The position numbers and the translations under genes were made by a program. A stretch of 61,912 bases of DNA, taken from assembly GCA_002687905.1 (NCBI GenBank), contig NZBM01000008.1, forward strand, positions 1 through 61,912, read 5' to 3'. The notes beneath the pieces were generated by a model, which saw nothing but the letters and a program-made list of their open reading frames with translations, had not been told where the DNA came from and did no database searches. How positions within the stretch are numbered: the stretch's first letter is position 1; every line of letters starts with the position of its first letter. Source of the DNA: a bacterium (GTDB lineage Bacteria > Patescibacteriota > Minisyncoccia > Phycocordibacterales > JABMNX01). Of this stretch, positions 18,813-28,130 are shown in pieces.

Positions 18813-19034
18813 ATGGATTTACTTTTTTGGGGACTTACGCTTGGAGTCTTAGGAAAGGTTCTATTGGGTTTTACCGTGCTCTCTGTGCACTGGAAGATTG
18901 TAAAGGAGCATAAGATAGGTAAAGTAGTGTTGCGCGAGATTAGGAGAGAGCGCAACTTGGCTATTCTAGGTATTTTGTTTATTGTGGTTGGGTATCTGCT
19001 AGAGCTTTCGTTTTACGAATATATAGCGCTCTAG
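18813..19034 (+). CDS. small two-helix membrane protein
   Basis: ORF track; two hydrophobic helices. Confidence 0.35.
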   Translation: MDLLFWGLTLGVLGKVLLGFTVLSVHWKIVKEHKIGKVVLREIRRERNLAILGILFIVVGYLLELSFYEYIAL

Positions 19035-19046
19035 AGATAGAGCACT

Positions 19047-20849
19047 ATGAAAACCGCCGAAATACGAGATAAATACATAAAATTTTTTGAAGAGCGCGGA
19101 CACGCGCATATCCCTTCTGCTTCTTTAAGGCCGGAGAATGATCCCACGACACTTTTTACCGGTTCTGGTATGCAGCCTCTTTTGCCATATCTATTAGGAG
19201 AGAAGCATCCAAAAGGCACTCGTTTGGTAAATTCTCAAAAGGCTTTTAGAGCCGAGGACATAGAAGAAGTAGGGGACAATCGCCACACGACATTTTTTGA
19301 AATGCTTGGAAACTGGTCTTTGGGTGAGTATTTCAAAAAAGAGCAATTACCATGGTTCTTTGAATTTTTAACTAATGAAGTCGGTCTTTCAAAAGACAGG
19401 CTATGGGTCACTTGTTTTGCGGGAGACGAGAGTTTGGGTATTCCTAAAGACACTGAGTCAGCAGAAATTTGGAAGGGTTTGGGAATTCCCGAGGAGCGCA
19501 TATGCTACTACGACGCTAAGAAAAATTGGTGGAGTCGTTCCGGCACGCCGGATAAGATGCCAGCAGGCGAGCCGGGTGGGCCAGATTCAGAAGTGTTTTA
19601 TGACTTTGGCACCGAGCACGACAGCGCCTTTGGCGCGGAGTGTCATCCTAATTGTGATTGTGGTCGCTTTGTTGAGATAGGTAACTCCGTTTTTATGGAG
19701 TACATAAAAAAGGAAGATGGAAGTTTTGAGCCACTTCCGCAGAAAAATGTTGATTTTGGAGGAGGGCTTGAGCGTATTACCGCTGCGGCAAATCAAGACC
19801 CAGATGTATTTAATGTGGATAGTTTAAATGTGGTTATAGAACATCTTTCAAAAGTTTCCGGAAAGTCATATTTAGATGAGGAGAATAAAGAGTCATTTAG
19901 GGTAATAGCAGACCATATGCGAGCGGCAATATTTATGATTGTTGATGGAGTGGTACCAACAAATACAGATGCGGGATACTTCACTCGCAGGCTTATAAGA
20001 CGCGCAGTACGGCATATGGATAAATTAGGGGTGGACAAAGAGACGCTTCACGGAGTTGTGGCGCCGGTGGTAGAGGTGTATGAGGGAGTATATCCAGAGC
20101 TAACAAACAAAAAAGCGGACATTGAGCGCGAGACTGCGCTTGAGGAAGAGAGATTCCGCGCAACTCTAGGTAAAGGCTTGAAACAGTTAGAGAAAGCAAA
20201 AGGAGGCAAGCTCTCGGGTAAAGAGGAATTTACACTTTTTTCAACATATGGATTCCCTCTAGAGTTAACTCTAGAGCTAGCTCCTGAATTAAATATAGAA
20301 GTGGATGTTGAGGGCTTTAAGGTGGAGATGGCGAGTCACCAAGAGCTATCGCGCGCGGGAGCTGAGCAGAAGTTTAAAGGGGGACTTGCTGATGGCGGGG
20401 AGACGACGACACAGCTGCACACTGCGACGCACTTAATGCTTGCAGGTCTTCGGAAGTATCTAGGAGACAATGTCCATCAAGCAGGCTCAAACATCACAAC
20501 AGAGCGTACGCGCTTTGATTTTACACACCCGGAAAAAGTAGACAGAGAAACGCTAGATAAGGTGGAAAAATATGTTAACGATGCCATCGCGGCTAACGCC
20601 GTGATGGAATTAGTTGAGATGCCTAAAAAAGAGGCAAAAGCCTCTGGCGTAGAAGGCAGCTTCTGGGAAAAATATCCAGACACAGTCCAGGTTTATACGC
20701 TAAAGAGCAAAGACGGCACAGTATGGAGCCGCGAGCTCTGTGGTGGCCCCCACGTTAAAAACACATCTGAAATAAAAGGTACTTTCAAAATCACCAAAGA
20801 GGAATCATCATCGGCAGGAGTGAGGAGAGTGAAAGCTCTGCTTGAATAA
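19047..20849 (+). CDS. alaS: alanyl-tRNA synthetase, short form (no C-Ala/DHHA1 tail)
   Basis: Class II core (FTGSGMQP, WSLGEYFK), editing-domain HTATHLM and CGGPHV; only 600 aa. Confidence 0.9.
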   Translation: MKTAEIRDKYIKFFEERGHAHIPSASLRPENDPTTLFTGSGMQPLLPYLLGEKHPKGTRLVNSQKAFRAEDIEEVGDNRHTTFFEMLGNWSLGEYFKKEQLPWFFEFLTNEVGLSKDRLWVTCFAGDESLGIPKDTESAEIWKGLGIPEERICYYDAKKNWWSRSGTPDKMPAGEPGGPDSEVFYDFGTEHDSAFGAECHPNCDCGRFVEIGNSVFMEYIKKEDGSFEPLPQKNVDFGGGLERITAAANQDPDVFNVDSLNVVIEHLSKVSGKSYLDEENKESFRVIADHMRAAIFMIVDGVVPTNTDAGYFTRRLIRRAVRHMDKLGVDKETLHGVVAPVVEVYEGVYPELTNKKADIERETALEEERFRATLGKGLKQLEKAKGGKLSGKEEFTLFSTYGFPLELTLELAPELNIEVDVEGFKVEMASHQELSRAGAEQKFKGGLADGGETTTQLHTATHLMLAGLRKYLGDNVHQAGSNITTERTRFDFTHPEKVDRETLDKVEKYVNDAIAANAVMELVEMPKKEAKASGVEGSFWEKYPDTVQVYTLKSKDGTVWSRELCGGPHVKNTSEIKGTFKITKEESSSAGVRRVKALLE

Positions 20850-20908
20850 AAATTTCCTTAGGTTTTATACAAACTTTTCTAGCAAACACGCTTTACGAAA
20901 GCTATAAT

Positions 20909-22090
20909 ATGCTAAATATGCGCAAGTTTTTTGGTAGTGAAAAAATTTATCCAACAATTGCACTTTTTGATATTGGGAGTGGGAGCGTGGGCGGAGCTAT
21001 AGCCAGGTTTTCAGGAGACGATAGACCTACTATCACGTATTCAACAAGAAAATCTCTTCCTCTTCACAAGGAGCTAAACCCAGACAAGCTCTCATATCAC
21101 ACCATCTCTGCGCTTAACGAAGTGGGGAATGAGCTTATAAGAAAAGGGCTAGAGGGAGGCGAGGTTTTTGGGGTCCTGTGCACCGTTTCTTCTCCGTGGA
21201 GTACTGTTGAGCCTGCTACAGTTTCAGCAGAAGGAGTTGAGAGGAATATTACGGAGGATTATTTAGAGCGAATACTTGAACAAGGAAGGGAGGATATAAG
21301 AAGAAATGCGAGCGATGACCGTTCAGGAATGAATTTAGTAGAGGAAACTGTAGTGAGAACTCTTGCTGACGGGAGAGAGCTTTGGGATCTTGAGTCTCAA
21401 AGAGCAAACAGAGTAGATATTTCAATGCTTCAAGGTTTTGTATCAGACAGATTTCATAAACAAGCCGAAGATACTCTAGAGAGAATTTTCGGTGCTACTC
21501 CAATAGTCGTTCAGACATCGATTCTTCCTCTGTTTCTTGCAACAAGGGATGTTTACGACGGCTTACTCGATTTTATTCTTGTAGATATATCTGGAGAGGT
21601 AACTGACTTAGCTTTGGTGAAAGATGGAATGATAGCGGGAGTTGCATCTTTCCCAATTGGCAAACACTCAACTGCAAGAAATGCAGCAATGAAATCCGGG
21701 GTGCACCCAGTTGATTCAATTTCAAATATAAGACTTAGAGTAAATGGTTCGGACAACAGACTCTCATCAATGGATGCAGTTTATCTTCTCCAAAGTGCGC
21801 GCGAGTGGGGAAGAGCATTTAACGAAGCGTGCGCCAACCTTGCCGCTCTAGAACCACTCCCAAACACTGTTCTAGTCCACGCGGACTCCGACACTGCCGA
21901 CTGGTTCGTAAGCCAAATTTCAGGATCTCGCCTTGCTCCGATTACTAAAGGAAAGAGCGATTTGGTAAGTCAGTACATTTCAGAGGATATCCCAGGGAGG
22001 CTATGCAATTTTGAGGGCCCAAATATTGGCTATGACACTGGGCTAGGAGTGGCTGCCCTTTACTACAATAGGAGATTACTGTCCTCCTGA
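20909..22090 (+). CDS. hypothetical protein with actin-like (ASKHA) ATPase signatures
   Basis: LFDIGSGSVGGAI (phosphate-1 like) and ILVDISGEVTDLALV (phosphate-2 like). Confidence 0.4.
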   Translation: MLNMRKFFGSEKIYPTIALFDIGSGSVGGAIARFSGDDRPTITYSTRKSLPLHKELNPDKLSYHTISALNEVGNELIRKGLEGGEVFGVLCTVSSPWSTVEPATVSAEGVERNITEDYLERILEQGREDIRRNASDDRSGMNLVEETVVRTLADGRELWDLESQRANRVDISMLQGFVSDRFHKQAEDTLERIFGATPIVVQTSILPLFLATRDVYDGLLDFILVDISGEVTDLALVKDGMIAGVASFPIGKHSTARNAAMKSGVHPVDSISNIRLRVNGSDNRLSSMDAVYLLQSAREWGRAFNEACANLAALEPLPNTVLVHADSDTADWFVSQISGSRLAPITKGKSDLVSQYISEDIPGRLCNFEGPNIGYDTGLGVAALYYNRRLLSS

Positions 22091-22138
22091 TGAGCCTCAT
22101 TTTCCCGCGGGATAGGCTGTGATATAGTGCAAACACTT

Positions 22139-23404
22139 ATGGCAGGGGAATTTAAAGACATAGTTCCGCCAGATAGGCGCTCAATAAGAAAGGTGTCTGT
22201 ATCTAATTCGCGCCCTCACAGAAGAAGCAAAGTGCACGCAAGCGAAAGTTCAGCTGATGGTGAAAAGAAATCATCTCGTTTTGGGGTTTGGACAATAGCT
22301 ATTGGTTCAGTAGTTGTATTAGCGCTTGCTTTTTCATATATATTTTCAGGAGCAAAAGTAGAAGTCACTCCCAAACAAAGAACTGTAATTGTTGACGGAG
22401 AATTTGAATCATACAAAAACGCAGGTTTTGGTGAACTTGCATACGAGATAATGACAGTTGAAAGAGAGCTTTCAAAAGCAGTAACTGCGACAGGAGAAGA
22501 GGATGTATTAGAGAAAGCTTCAGGGAAGCTGCTAGTTTACAACGACCATAGCTCTGCAAACCAGCGCCTTATTACAAACACTAGATTTGAAACACCAGAA
22601 GGGCTTGTTTATAGGATAAATAAGTCTGTGGTGGTGCCAGGACAGAAAAAAGAAGACGGAAAAACAGTACCCGGAAGCGTAGAGGTGACGGTCTATGCTG
22701 ATGAACCCGGAGAGAAATACAATATCGGCTTAACCGATTTCACAATACCTGGATTTAAAGGCGGCCCGAGATTCGAGACATTTTATGCGCGCTCTAAATC
22801 ATCAATGACCGGAGGCTTTGAAGGAGTTAAAAAGATAGTAGATGAGGAGGACGAAGCAAAAGCAAGAATTGCACTTCAGGCAGATTTACGTGAGCAATTA
22901 AAAAGCGATGCACGAGCACAAAAACCTGAAAACTTTTATCTCTTTGATAGTGCTACTTTTGTAGAGTTTGAAGCGGGACAAACCAAATCAAGCGGATCAA
23001 ATGCCGAAGTGGTGGAAAAAGGAACCCTTTATGGAGTCATATTTGAAAGGGAGGAATTTGCAAAGTTCTTGGCGGAAAATACAGTGGGCGCCCTTGAGAA
23101 AGGTGATACCGTAGAGCTGCTGACTCCAGAGAACCTGACACTTAATGTGCCTGGAAATCCATTCCCTTGGAGCGAGGAGAGCTTTAGCTTTGAACTTAGT
23201 GGAAATGCTTACTTAATATGGACTTATTCAGAAGACGGGCTTAAGGAGGATCTGGCAGGAAAATCTAAAAGTGCAATTGAGACAGTGCTTTCAGGATATC
23301 CAAGTATAACAAGCACAAACGTTGTAGTGAGGCCGTTTTGGAAGAGATCCTTCCCTGAGGAGGAGGACAAGATAAAACTAGAGAGAATCATCACAGCTCC
23401 TTGA
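22139..23404 (+). CDS. hypothetical bitopic membrane protein
   Basis: Basic N-terminus, one TM helix (WTIAIGSVVVLALAFSYIF), large extracytoplasmic domain; ATG 22139 preferred over GTG 22127. Confidence 0.45.
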   Translation: MAGEFKDIVPPDRRSIRKVSVSNSRPHRRSKVHASESSADGEKKSSRFGVWTIAIGSVVVLALAFSYIFSGAKVEVTPKQRTVIVDGEFESYKNAGFGELAYEIMTVERELSKAVTATGEEDVLEKASGKLLVYNDHSSANQRLITNTRFETPEGLVYRINKSVVVPGQKKEDGKTVPGSVEVTVYADEPGEKYNIGLTDFTIPGFKGGPRFETFYARSKSSMTGGFEGVKKIVDEEDEAKARIALQADLREQLKSDARAQKPENFYLFDSATFVEFEAGQTKSSGSNAEVVEKGTLYGVIFEREEFAKFLAENTVGALEKGDTVELLTPENLTLNVPGNPFPWSEESFSFELSGNAYLIWTYSEDGLKEDLAGKSKSAIETVLSGYPSITSTNVVVRPFWKRSFPEEEDKIKLERIITAP

Positions 23405-23442
23405 CGATAGCCCTAAAATACTGGTAGTATAGCGAAACCTAA

Positions 23443-23667
23443 ATGGAGGAGAATCAAGATAAGGATAAAAACGAGGCCACGCCTGCCGTAGTGGATGAGG
23501 CTCTGCCAAATACTCTTTTTAGGGTAAAGCTTGAAGGAGGTGAGCAGCAGATTGCTTATCTTTCAGGTAAGATGCGAATGCATCGAATTAAGGTCCTTGT
23601 TGGCGATAAAGTGCTCGTAGAAGTTGAGCCATATGGTGGCAAGGGCAGAATTGTGAGGCGCTTATAG
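23443..23667 (+). CDS. infA: translation initiation factor IF-1
   Basis: [13 protein letters not shown]...[20 protein letters not shown]1-like fold signature. Confidence 0.9.
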   Translation: MEENQDKDKNEATPAVVDEALPNTLFRVKLEGGEQQIAYLSGKMRMHRIKVLVGDKVLVEVEPYGGKGRIVRRL

Positions 23668-23726
23668 TGCAGATTATTGATTGAGTTATTGAGCCGCACT
23701 CATAAACAGCGCTTTTTTTATATGAA

Positions 23727-23849
23727 TTCCGTTAGAGATTGCAAATTGCGATCGACGGGATATATCTCAAAAGTAAGTAGGAGTATGTAGGTGGTCAGTT
23801 ATAAGAGTAATGAACGGAAGCGACATGTTGCTTCCTATCTCTAACGGGA
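23727..23849 (+). repeat. inverted-repeat element copy A (123 nt, 13-bp terminal stem) between infA and rpmJ
   Basis: 23727-23739 TTCCGTTAGAGAT pairs with 23837-23849 ATCTCTAACGGGA; flanked by direct ATGAA at 23722-23726 and 23849-23853; ends match copy B. Confidence 0.75.
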
Positions 23850-23962
23850 TGAAAGTCAAAACGTCAGTAAAAAAGTTGTGTAAAGATTGCAAAAGCGTTC
23901 GAAGGAAAGGGCGCCTTTATGTAATTTGTGTAAATCCAAGACACAAGCAAAGACAAGGTTAA
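23849..23962 (+). CDS. rpmJ: 50S ribosomal protein L36
   Basis: Not in the ORF track (37 aa): [37 protein letters not shown]; position between infA and rpsM. Confidence 0.88.
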   Translation: MKVKTSVKKLCKDCKSVRRKGRLYVICVNPRHKQRQG

Positions 23963-23963
23963 T

Positions 23964-24344
23964 ATGCGTATTTCAGGAATTACAATCCCAGATAATAAAA
24001 GACTTGAAATAGGACTTACCGAAGTCCATGGCGTTGGGCGTGCTAGAGCAAAAGATATTCTTGATAGTGCTAAAGTTGACGCCGGGAAAAAGCCGAAAGA
24101 TTTAAGCACATCTGAAGAGAACACACTGCGTCAAAAAGTTGAGGAGTTTCGGATTGAAGGAGAACTTCGTCGTGAAGTTGCCGGCAATGTGAAACGTCTC
24201 AAAGACATAAAGGCATACAGAGGAGACAGGCATGCAAGAAACCTACCAGTAAGGGGCCAGAGGACAAAGACTAACTCTCGCTCTGTTAGAGGAAATGTAA
24301 GAAAAACTGCGACTTCAGGTAGAAGAAAGGTAGATAAGAAATAA
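23964..24344 (+). CDS. rpsM: 30S ribosomal protein S13
   Basis: MRISGITIPDNKRLEIGLTEVHGVG; operon context. Confidence 0.95.
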   Translation: MRISGITIPDNKRLEIGLTEVHGVGRARAKDILDSAKVDAGKKPKDLSTSEENTLRQKVEEFRIEGELRREVAGNVKRLKDIKAYRGDRHARNLPVRGQRTKTNSRSVRGNVRKTATSGRRKVDKK

Positions 24345-24345
24345 T

Positions 24346-24780
24346 ATGGGAAAGAAAAGGATTATAAAAAAGAGCGGTAGCGGAATGAGTTCAGGGCTCA
24401 AAGCTCGTTCTCTTTCAAAAGTTCCAAAGAAAAAACTAGACACTGGAACTCTTCACATTCATGCAACATACAACAACACCAAGATGCTTCTAGCAGACAA
24501 GAGCGGAAACACAGTTATATGGTCATCAAGCGGCGCTCTTGGTTTTGCCGGCTCAAGACGCGGCACTCCTTTTGCAGCAGCCAAAGTTGGAGATCTTATA
24601 GGTGAGAAAGCAAATACTATGGGAGTGAAGGAAGTAGATGTAGTTATCAAAGGAGTAGGTTCTGGCAGAGAATCGGCACTTCGTTCTTTTGCGGGAAAGG
24701 GAATTAATGTCTCAAGAATAAGGGATGTAACCCCAGTTCCTTTTAATGGCCCAAGACCACCTAAGGTCAGACGTGTATAA
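24346..24780 (+). CDS. rpsK: 30S ribosomal protein S11
   Basis: HIHATYNNT...RGTPFAAA...DVTPVPFNGPRPPK. Confidence 0.95.
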   Translation: MGKKRIIKKSGSGMSSGLKARSLSKVPKKKLDTGTLHIHATYNNTKMLLADKSGNTVIWSSSGALGFAGSRRGTPFAAAKVGDLIGEKANTMGVKEVDVVIKGVGSGRESALRSFAGKGINVSRIRDVTPVPFNGPRPPKVRRV

Positions 24781-24782
24781 AT

Positions 24783-25394
24783 ATGATTGTTAAGTCAAAA
24801 TACAAAGTAGCAAAACGCCTAGGCGCAGAAGTGTTTGAAAAAACTCAAACACAGAAATTTGCTGCTACAGCGGCGAGGCGAAAGCAAAAAATGGGCAGGA
24901 GACCTAGAAGTTTGTCTGATTTCGGAAGACAGCTCTTAGAGAAGCAAAAAGTTCGCTATACATACGGGATATTAGAAAAGCAGTTCTCTCGATATGTTAA
25001 GGAAGTTACAAAGAGTCACAGCCAAGACCCTCTATCGGAGCTTTTCAGAAAACTTGAGATGAGAGTAGATAACGTTGTGTTTCGCCTTGGACTTGCCCCG
25101 ACACGCCGCCAAGCAAGGCAGATGGTCTCACATGGGCACATTACAGTTGGTGACAAGAAAATGACAATACCATCTCATCATGTGCGTGTAGGTGAAAAAG
25201 TAGCGGTAAAGGAAGGAAGTAGAGAAAAGTCTCTTTTCACGCTTCAAGCTGATCGTATAAAAGAATACAACCCACCAAAATGGGTTAAATTTGACGCAAA
25301 AAAGTTAAGCGGGGAGGTAACTCAGCTGCCGGTTTACACCACAGTAGATAATCATTTTGATTTGGCTCAAGTACTTGAGTACTACAGCCGTTAA
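24783..25394 (+). CDS. rpsD: 30S ribosomal protein S4
   Basis: LEMRVDNVVFRLGLAPTRRQARQMVSHGHI S4 domain. Confidence 0.95.
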   Translation: MIVKSKYKVAKRLGAEVFEKTQTQKFAATAARRKQKMGRRPRSLSDFGRQLLEKQKVRYTYGILEKQFSRYVKEVTKSHSQDPLSELFRKLEMRVDNVVFRLGLAPTRRQARQMVSHGHITVGDKKMTIPSHHVRVGEKVAVKEGSREKSLFTLQADRIKEYNPPKWVKFDAKKLSGEVTQLPVYTTVDNHFDLAQVLEYYSR

Positions 25395-25415
25395 TTATTA
25401 GTTAATAGTTTTAAT

Positions 25416-26393
25416 ATGTCAGACTATAACGTAGCATTGCCATCAAAACCGCGAATCGTTTCAGAGGAAGATTTTGATGGCACATATGAGATAGATGGAC
25501 TTCACCCGGGATATGGTCACACCTTGGGTAATTCCCTAAGGCGAATAATTCTTTCGTCTCTTCCAGGTGCTGCAATCACTTCAGTAAAAATTGATGGAGT
25601 ACAGCACGAATTCTCAACAATAGATGGTGTAAAAGAAGACGTGATAACTATTCTTCTTAATCTAAAGAAAGTGCGCCTTCAAATGCTTACAGAAGAACCA
25701 CAAACTCTTACTCTTTCGGTAAAAGGAGTTAAGTCCGTAACTGCTGGAGACATAACAGCTCCAGGGCAGGTGAATGTTTTAAATCCAGAACAAAACATTC
25801 TTGAAATAACCGACAAAAATAAGTCTATAGACATTGAATTTAGGGTAGAAAAAGGACTAGGGTATGTTCCAAAGGAAGTTTTGCAGAAAGACCGAGTAGA
25901 AATTGGGACAATATCTCTAGATGCGATATTTACTCCAATTCGTCGAGTTAATTACGAAGTAGAAAATATGCGTGTTGGTGACAGAACTGACTTTAACCGC
26001 TTACGTATTTTTATTGAAACAGACGGCACAATTACTCCTAAAGAAGCCCTCGAGCGTTCAATTGAGGTAATGATAAATCAGCTGCGAGCTGTAGTTGGAT
26101 TTAAGAAAGAAGAGCTTGAGCTCCCAGAGCCAGTAGTTGAAAGTGATGAGCCAGCTCCGGAAGTTAAAGAGGAGAAAAGGCAAGAGATTGATAAGGAGTT
26201 CATGAAGACTCGAATTGACTCACTTGATCTAACACCAAGAACGATAAATGCTCTTACTAAGGCAAATATAAGAACCGCAGGAGGACTTGTAAGAAAAAGA
26301 GAAGAGGATATATTAGCGATTGAAGGATTGGGGCAAAAAGGCCTTCAGGAAGTAAAAAGAGCACTCTCTAACTTTGGAGTGACTCTTAGGTAA
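25416..26393 (+). CDS. rpoA: DNA-directed RNA polymerase alpha subunit
   Basis: [22 protein letters not shown] N-terminal domain; C-terminal helix-hairpin-helix domain. Confidence 0.95.
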   Translation: [325 protein letters not shown]

Positions 26394-26402
26394 GGAGATA
26401 TT

Positions 26403-26756
26403 ATGAAGCACCATAAGAGAGAAAGAAAATTTGGACGAGTAGCAAGGCAGAGGACGGCTTTGCTTCGTTCTCTTGCTCGCTCTCTTATTCTTCACGGAAA
26501 GATTGAGACCACAGAGGCAAAAGCAAAAGAGCTAAGGCCTTTTATTGAAAAGCTAGTTACTATGGGAAACAAAAAGACCTTAGCTTCAAGGCGAATGATT
26601 AGCTCAAGACTGGGTGAGGAAAATCTAGCTTCTAAAAAGCTAGTTGATGAAATTGCGCCAAAATACAAAGACAGAGAAGGAGGATATACCAGAATAACTA
26701 AGACAGGCGTGAGCGGGCACGACGCCAGAAAGAATGCAGTTATAGAATTTGTTTAA
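26403..26756 (+). CDS. rplQ: 50S ribosomal protein L17
   Basis: MKHHKRERKFGR...GGYTRI signature. Confidence 0.95.
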   Translation: MKHHKRERKFGRVARQRTALLRSLARSLILHGKIETTEAKAKELRPFIEKLVTMGNKKTLASRRMISSRLGEENLASKKLVDEIAPKYKDREGGYTRITKTGVSGHDARKNAVIEFV

Positions 26757-26757
26757 T

Positions 26758-27102
26758 ATGAAGCACGAAATTGACGCAACAGGAAAGAAGTTAGGAAGAA
26801 TCGCGACAGAGGCGGCGCATATTCTTCTTGGTAAGGGAAGTGTTGATTTTGAAAAGCATATTGCTGCGGATGTAAAAGTTGATGTTACAAACGCTTCAAA
26901 AATGGACGTTGGAGAGAAGAAGATGGAGCAAAAGGAATACACAAGATACTCCGGCTACCCAGGTGGACTAAAGATTGAAACAGCAGGCGACATCGTAGCA
27001 AAGAAAGGACATTCAGAATTAATAAGAAAGGCAGTCTACGGAATGCTTCCTTCAAATAGGTTGAGAAAAACTCGTCTAAAGAATTTAAATATCACTGAAT
27101 AA
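26758..27102 (+). CDS. rplM: 50S ribosomal protein L13 (short)
   Basis: IDATGKKLGRIATEAAHILLGK...YTRYSGYPGG; ATG 26758 follows the rplQ stop. Confidence 0.9.
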   Translation: MKHEIDATGKKLGRIATEAAHILLGKGSVDFEKHIAADVKVDVTNASKMDVGEKKMEQKEYTRYSGYPGGLKIETAGDIVAKKGHSELIRKAVYGMLPSNRLRKTRLKNLNITE

Positions 27103-27103
27103 T

Positions 27104-27499
27104 ATGGCAACCGCAAATAAATACATTGAGGCCGTGGGACGACGAAAAACAGCTGTAGCAAGAGTGCGGCTTACTAAGAACTCTAAAAACGATATTGTAA
27201 TAAATGAAAAGAGTTTAAAAGAGTATTTTCCTGTCCCCAAAAACCAAAGAGCCGTTGAAGAGGCTTTTGGGCCGTCAAAAGACACTTTTTCTGTGTCAGC
27301 TAAAGTAATTGGGGGTGGTACTACCGCTCAATCTGAAGCGATACGACACGGAATAGCGCGTGCGCTAGTTAAGAACAACGAGGAGCTACGAAAAGAGCTC
27401 AAGCAAGCCGGATATCTAAAACGCGATCCTCGTATGAAAGAGCGCAAGAAGTTTGGACTAAAAGGAGCAAGGCGTGCACCTCAGTGGAGCAAGCGGTAG
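27104..27499 (+). CDS. rpsI: 30S ribosomal protein S9
   Basis: GRRKTAVARV...GGGTTAQSEAIRHGIARAL...RAPQWSKR. Confidence 0.95.
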   Translation: MATANKYIEAVGRRKTAVARVRLTKNSKNDIVINEKSLKEYFPVPKNQRAVEEAFGPSKDTFSVSAKVIGGGTTAQSEAIRHGIARALVKNNEELRKELKQAGYLKRDPRMKERKKFGLKGARRAPQWSKR

Positions 27500-27508
27500 T
27501 ACACTAAA

Positions 27509-27532
27509 AACCTTACGATATATCGTAAGGTT
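27509..27532 (+). terminator. 24-nt perfect palindrome after rpsI (hairpin, no clear T-run)
   Basis: AACCTTACGATATATCGTAAGGTT immediately downstream of the operon. Confidence 0.4.
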
Positions 27533-27559
27533 ATGAGTTAAATATAGATTTAGATTTCT

Positions 27560-28126
27560 ATGCCTAAGAAAAAAGCAGACCTAGAAAATATTGACAACGT
27601 ACAAGACGCGGGGCATAATGATGTTGTTTTTGAACCTGAGGACGAGAGTTCTAAGGATGCTATAGCCAAGCTTCGAAAGAAGCTAAAAGAATGTCAAGCT
27701 GAAAAACAAGAGTACCTTGATGGATGGCAAAGAGCTAAAGCAGACGTCCTAAATTCAAAAAAAGCAGGCTCCGAGCTTATAAAAAGCGTACGTGAGGATA
27801 CTCAAGATGAAGTTCTGATGTCTCTGATACCGATTTTAGATAGCTTTGAAGTCGCAATGAAGGGAGAGGCTTGGGAGAGCGTTGATGAAAACTGGAAAGT
27901 TGGAGTCACTCATATTCAAAGCAAGTTTATAAACACTTTAGAGGAATATGGAATTGAAGTTTATGGAGAAATTGGAGAGGAATTTGATCCCAACCTTCAC
28001 GAATCAATGAGCGTTAAAGAAGTAGAAGACAACTCTTCCAAAGGTTCAATAGTTGAAGTATTGCAAAGAGGATATAAAAGAGGGAATAATATTGTCCGAC
28101 CTGCAAAAGTAGTAGTTAATAAATAA
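27560..28126 (+). CDS. grpE: nucleotide exchange factor GrpE
   Basis: Coiled-coil N-terminus, FDPNLHESM and [15 protein letters not shown]-terminal signature. Confidence 0.9.
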   Translation: MPKKKADLENIDNVQDAGHNDVVFEPEDESSKDAIAKLRKKLKECQAEKQEYLDGWQRAKADVLNSKKAGSELIKSVREDTQDEVLMSLIPILDSFEVAMKGEAWESVDENWKVGVTHIQSKFINTLEEYGIEVYGEIGEEFDPNLHESMSVKEVEDNSSKGSIVEVLQRGYKRGNNIVRPAKVVVNK

Positions 28127-28130
28127 AAAT

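Noticed and set aside
27500-27559. CIRCE (HrcA operator) upstream of grpE-dnaK-dnaJ
   Set aside because: No TTAGCACTC-N9-GAGTGCTAA-like inverted repeat is present. Only the rpsI terminator palindrome lies there, and there is no hrcA in the window.
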